64,000 nt of DNA from the NCBI GenBank assembly GCA_963800175.1, contig CAWCZS010000002.1, forward strand, positions 2,393,382 to 2,457,381, given 5' to 3'. Positions 62,848 through 64,000 of this stretch are shown here, in pieces. Position 1 is the stretch's first letter. Each line of letters begins with the position of its first letter. The stretch comes from Candidatus Dormiibacterota bacterium. Its GTDB lineage: Bacteria; Chloroflexota; Dormibacteria; Aeolococcales; Aeolococcaceae. The notes under the pieces are model-generated. The model made no database searches, was not told the origin of the DNA, and worked only from the letters and a program-made list of their open reading frames with translations. The position numbers were made by a program, and so were the translations under genes.

Positions 62848-62884
62848 GGCACATCGGGATGGTGGTGAGAGACAAGGGGGCGAC

Positions 62885-64000
62885 ATGCGTCTGAGCAAGG
62901 TTTCGATCGCCGCGGCGGTGCCTCTCGTGGTTGCCGCAGCGGTGTTGCCCGGCACAGGAGCATCGGCGGCGCCGGCGGTGCTCGCGGCGCCGACCTACTC
63001 GAGCACCCTGGTCGGGCCCGGGCAGGCCACCATGTATCCGGTCGACGTCAGCCAGGACACCCAGTACTACTTCGTCCTCGACGCCGGTAACTACCGGGTG
63101 GTCGCGGTCAACCGTTCGACGGGCGCCATCGCGTGCCACATCGGCGGCCTCCAGGGCAACGGCCCCGGCCAGTTCGGGGACGCCCGGGCCCTCGACTACA
63201 ACTCCGTCCACAACGAGCTCTACGTCGCCGACACCCCCAACAACCGGGTCGAGGTCTTCTCCTTCTCTGCCAGCCTCTGCGCCTCGAATTCATCGAGCGC
63301 CTTCACCTTCCTCTCTCAGTTCGGCACCAAGGGCAGCGGCCCGGGCGAGTTCAACCAGGTCTACGGGGTCGCGGTCGACCCGGTCAACGGCTGGGTCTAC
63401 GCGGTCAATGGCGCGGGCTGGGTGCAGAAGTGGACGCTGACCACCTCGAGCACCCCGAGCACGTACATCACCGAGTTCAACGGCGCCGGGCTCAACGAGC
63501 CCCGCCAGGTCACCGTGGCGCCCAACAGCGACGTGCTGGTGATGAACGCTCGCGACCACGAGTGCGACGTCTTCAACACTGCCGGGACCCTGCTCTTCGT
63601 CCTCGGCAACGGCGAGGGGACCGGCCCCGGCCAATTCAGCGACGATCCCCGGGGCGTGTCAGTGAGCGAGAACGGCAGCCTCGCATTCATCACCGATTCG
63701 GGGGGTAAGCGGATCGAGGTCTTCAACCTCCTGTCGAGCGGAAGCAACTACAACGGCTGGACGTTCGCGTACACCATCGCCTCAGGGACGGGCGCCGGCC
63801 AGTTCGTCGGCCCGCGCGGGCTCACCACCACGTCCGACAACCACCTCCTGCTCACCGACGAGTGGGGCTTCTCGCTCCACGAGCTGAGCTTCACCTCGAC
63901 CGGGGCGACCCAGACCCGCAACCTCTTCGGCACCGGTCCGACGCTCCCCGGGGTGGACTCGCCGCGCGGCCTCCAGATCGCCGCCAACGGGCAGATCTAC
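62885..64000 (+). CDS. Secreted NHL-repeat protein 5 (partial; near-identical paralog of NHL-1)
   Basis: ATG at 62885 follows AAGGGGG. The product is MRLSKVSIAAAVPLVVAAAVLPG...APTYSSTLVGPGQATMYPVDVSQDTQYYFVLDAGNYRVVAVN... The frame stays open to the window edge, so it is not in the ORF track. Confidence 0.85.
   Translation, partial: MRLSKVSIAAAVPLVVAAAVLPGTGASAAPAVLAAPTYSSTLVGPGQATMYPVDVSQDTQYYFVLDAGNYRVVAVNRSTGAIACHIGGLQGNGPGQFGDARALDYNSVHNELYVADTPNNRVEVFSFSASLCASNSSSAFTFLSQFGTKGSGPGEFNQVYGVAVDPVNGWVYAVNGAGWVQKWTLTTSSTPSTYITEFNGAGLNEPRQVTVAPNSDVLVMNARDHECDVFNTAGTLLFVLGNGEGTGPGQFSDDPRGVSVSENGSLAFITDSGGKRIEVFNLLSSGSNYNGWTFAYTIASGTGAGQFVGPRGLTTTSDNHLLLTDEWGFSLHELSFTSTGATQTRNLFGTGPTLPGVDSPRGLQIAANGQIY
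62968..64000 (+). repeat. Copy B of the near-identical duplication (within NHL-5); extends to the window edge
   Basis: See copy A. Identity starts after the diverged signal-peptide codons. Confidence 0.8.

Overview
High-GC, Actinomycetota-like chromosomal window with four blocks. All product calls come from reading motifs in the supplied translations; no database search was possible.

(1) 0-11.9 kb, ordinary genes: PucR-like fragment, glnA, C39-like peptidase, thiC with a clear TPP riboswitch, an ArsR-type regulator / small ORF / hairpin / MFS unit, GH1 beta-glucosidase, TusA-like protein, holB, CPBP protease, SDR.

(2) 12-28.4 kb, the most unusual part: a tightly packed minus-strand operon of 14 ORFs. 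It interleaves T4SS parts (VirB2/TrbC-like pilin, TrbL/VirB6-like, VirB4, M23 hydrolase) with Tad-pilus parts (CpaB, two TadZ/CpaE-like ParA proteins, CpaF/TadA, TadB/TadC-like). A convergent VirD4-type coupling protein and a repeat-containing unknown protein lie alongside. I see no relaxase, Flp prepilin, prepilin peptidase, integrase or tRNA.

(3) 28.5-43 kb, mixed accessory genes: uspA, lactonase-like propeller, OmpR/HK pair, DUF222-HNH, Zn-ADH, a YceI-DsbA-MFS operon with HxlR, PQQ-type sugar dehydrogenase, a small Tat-signal peptide, spermidine-synthase-like membrane protein, GNAT.

(4) 43-64 kb, a secreted-protein island: an Ig-like repeat protein, a triple CDTR-repeat protein, cysQ, two glycoside-hydrolase-like lipoprotein paralogs, a GHL-type hydrolase, five NHL-repeat beta-propeller proteins (two share a near-identical stretch of about 1 kb) and a Tat-exported PHP-like metallohydrolase.

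By my manual reading, about 20 apparent frameshifts interrupt otherwise recognisable genes outside the T4SS/Tad block. These are either assembly indels or real gene decay. No rRNA, tRNA or CRISPR array was seen.
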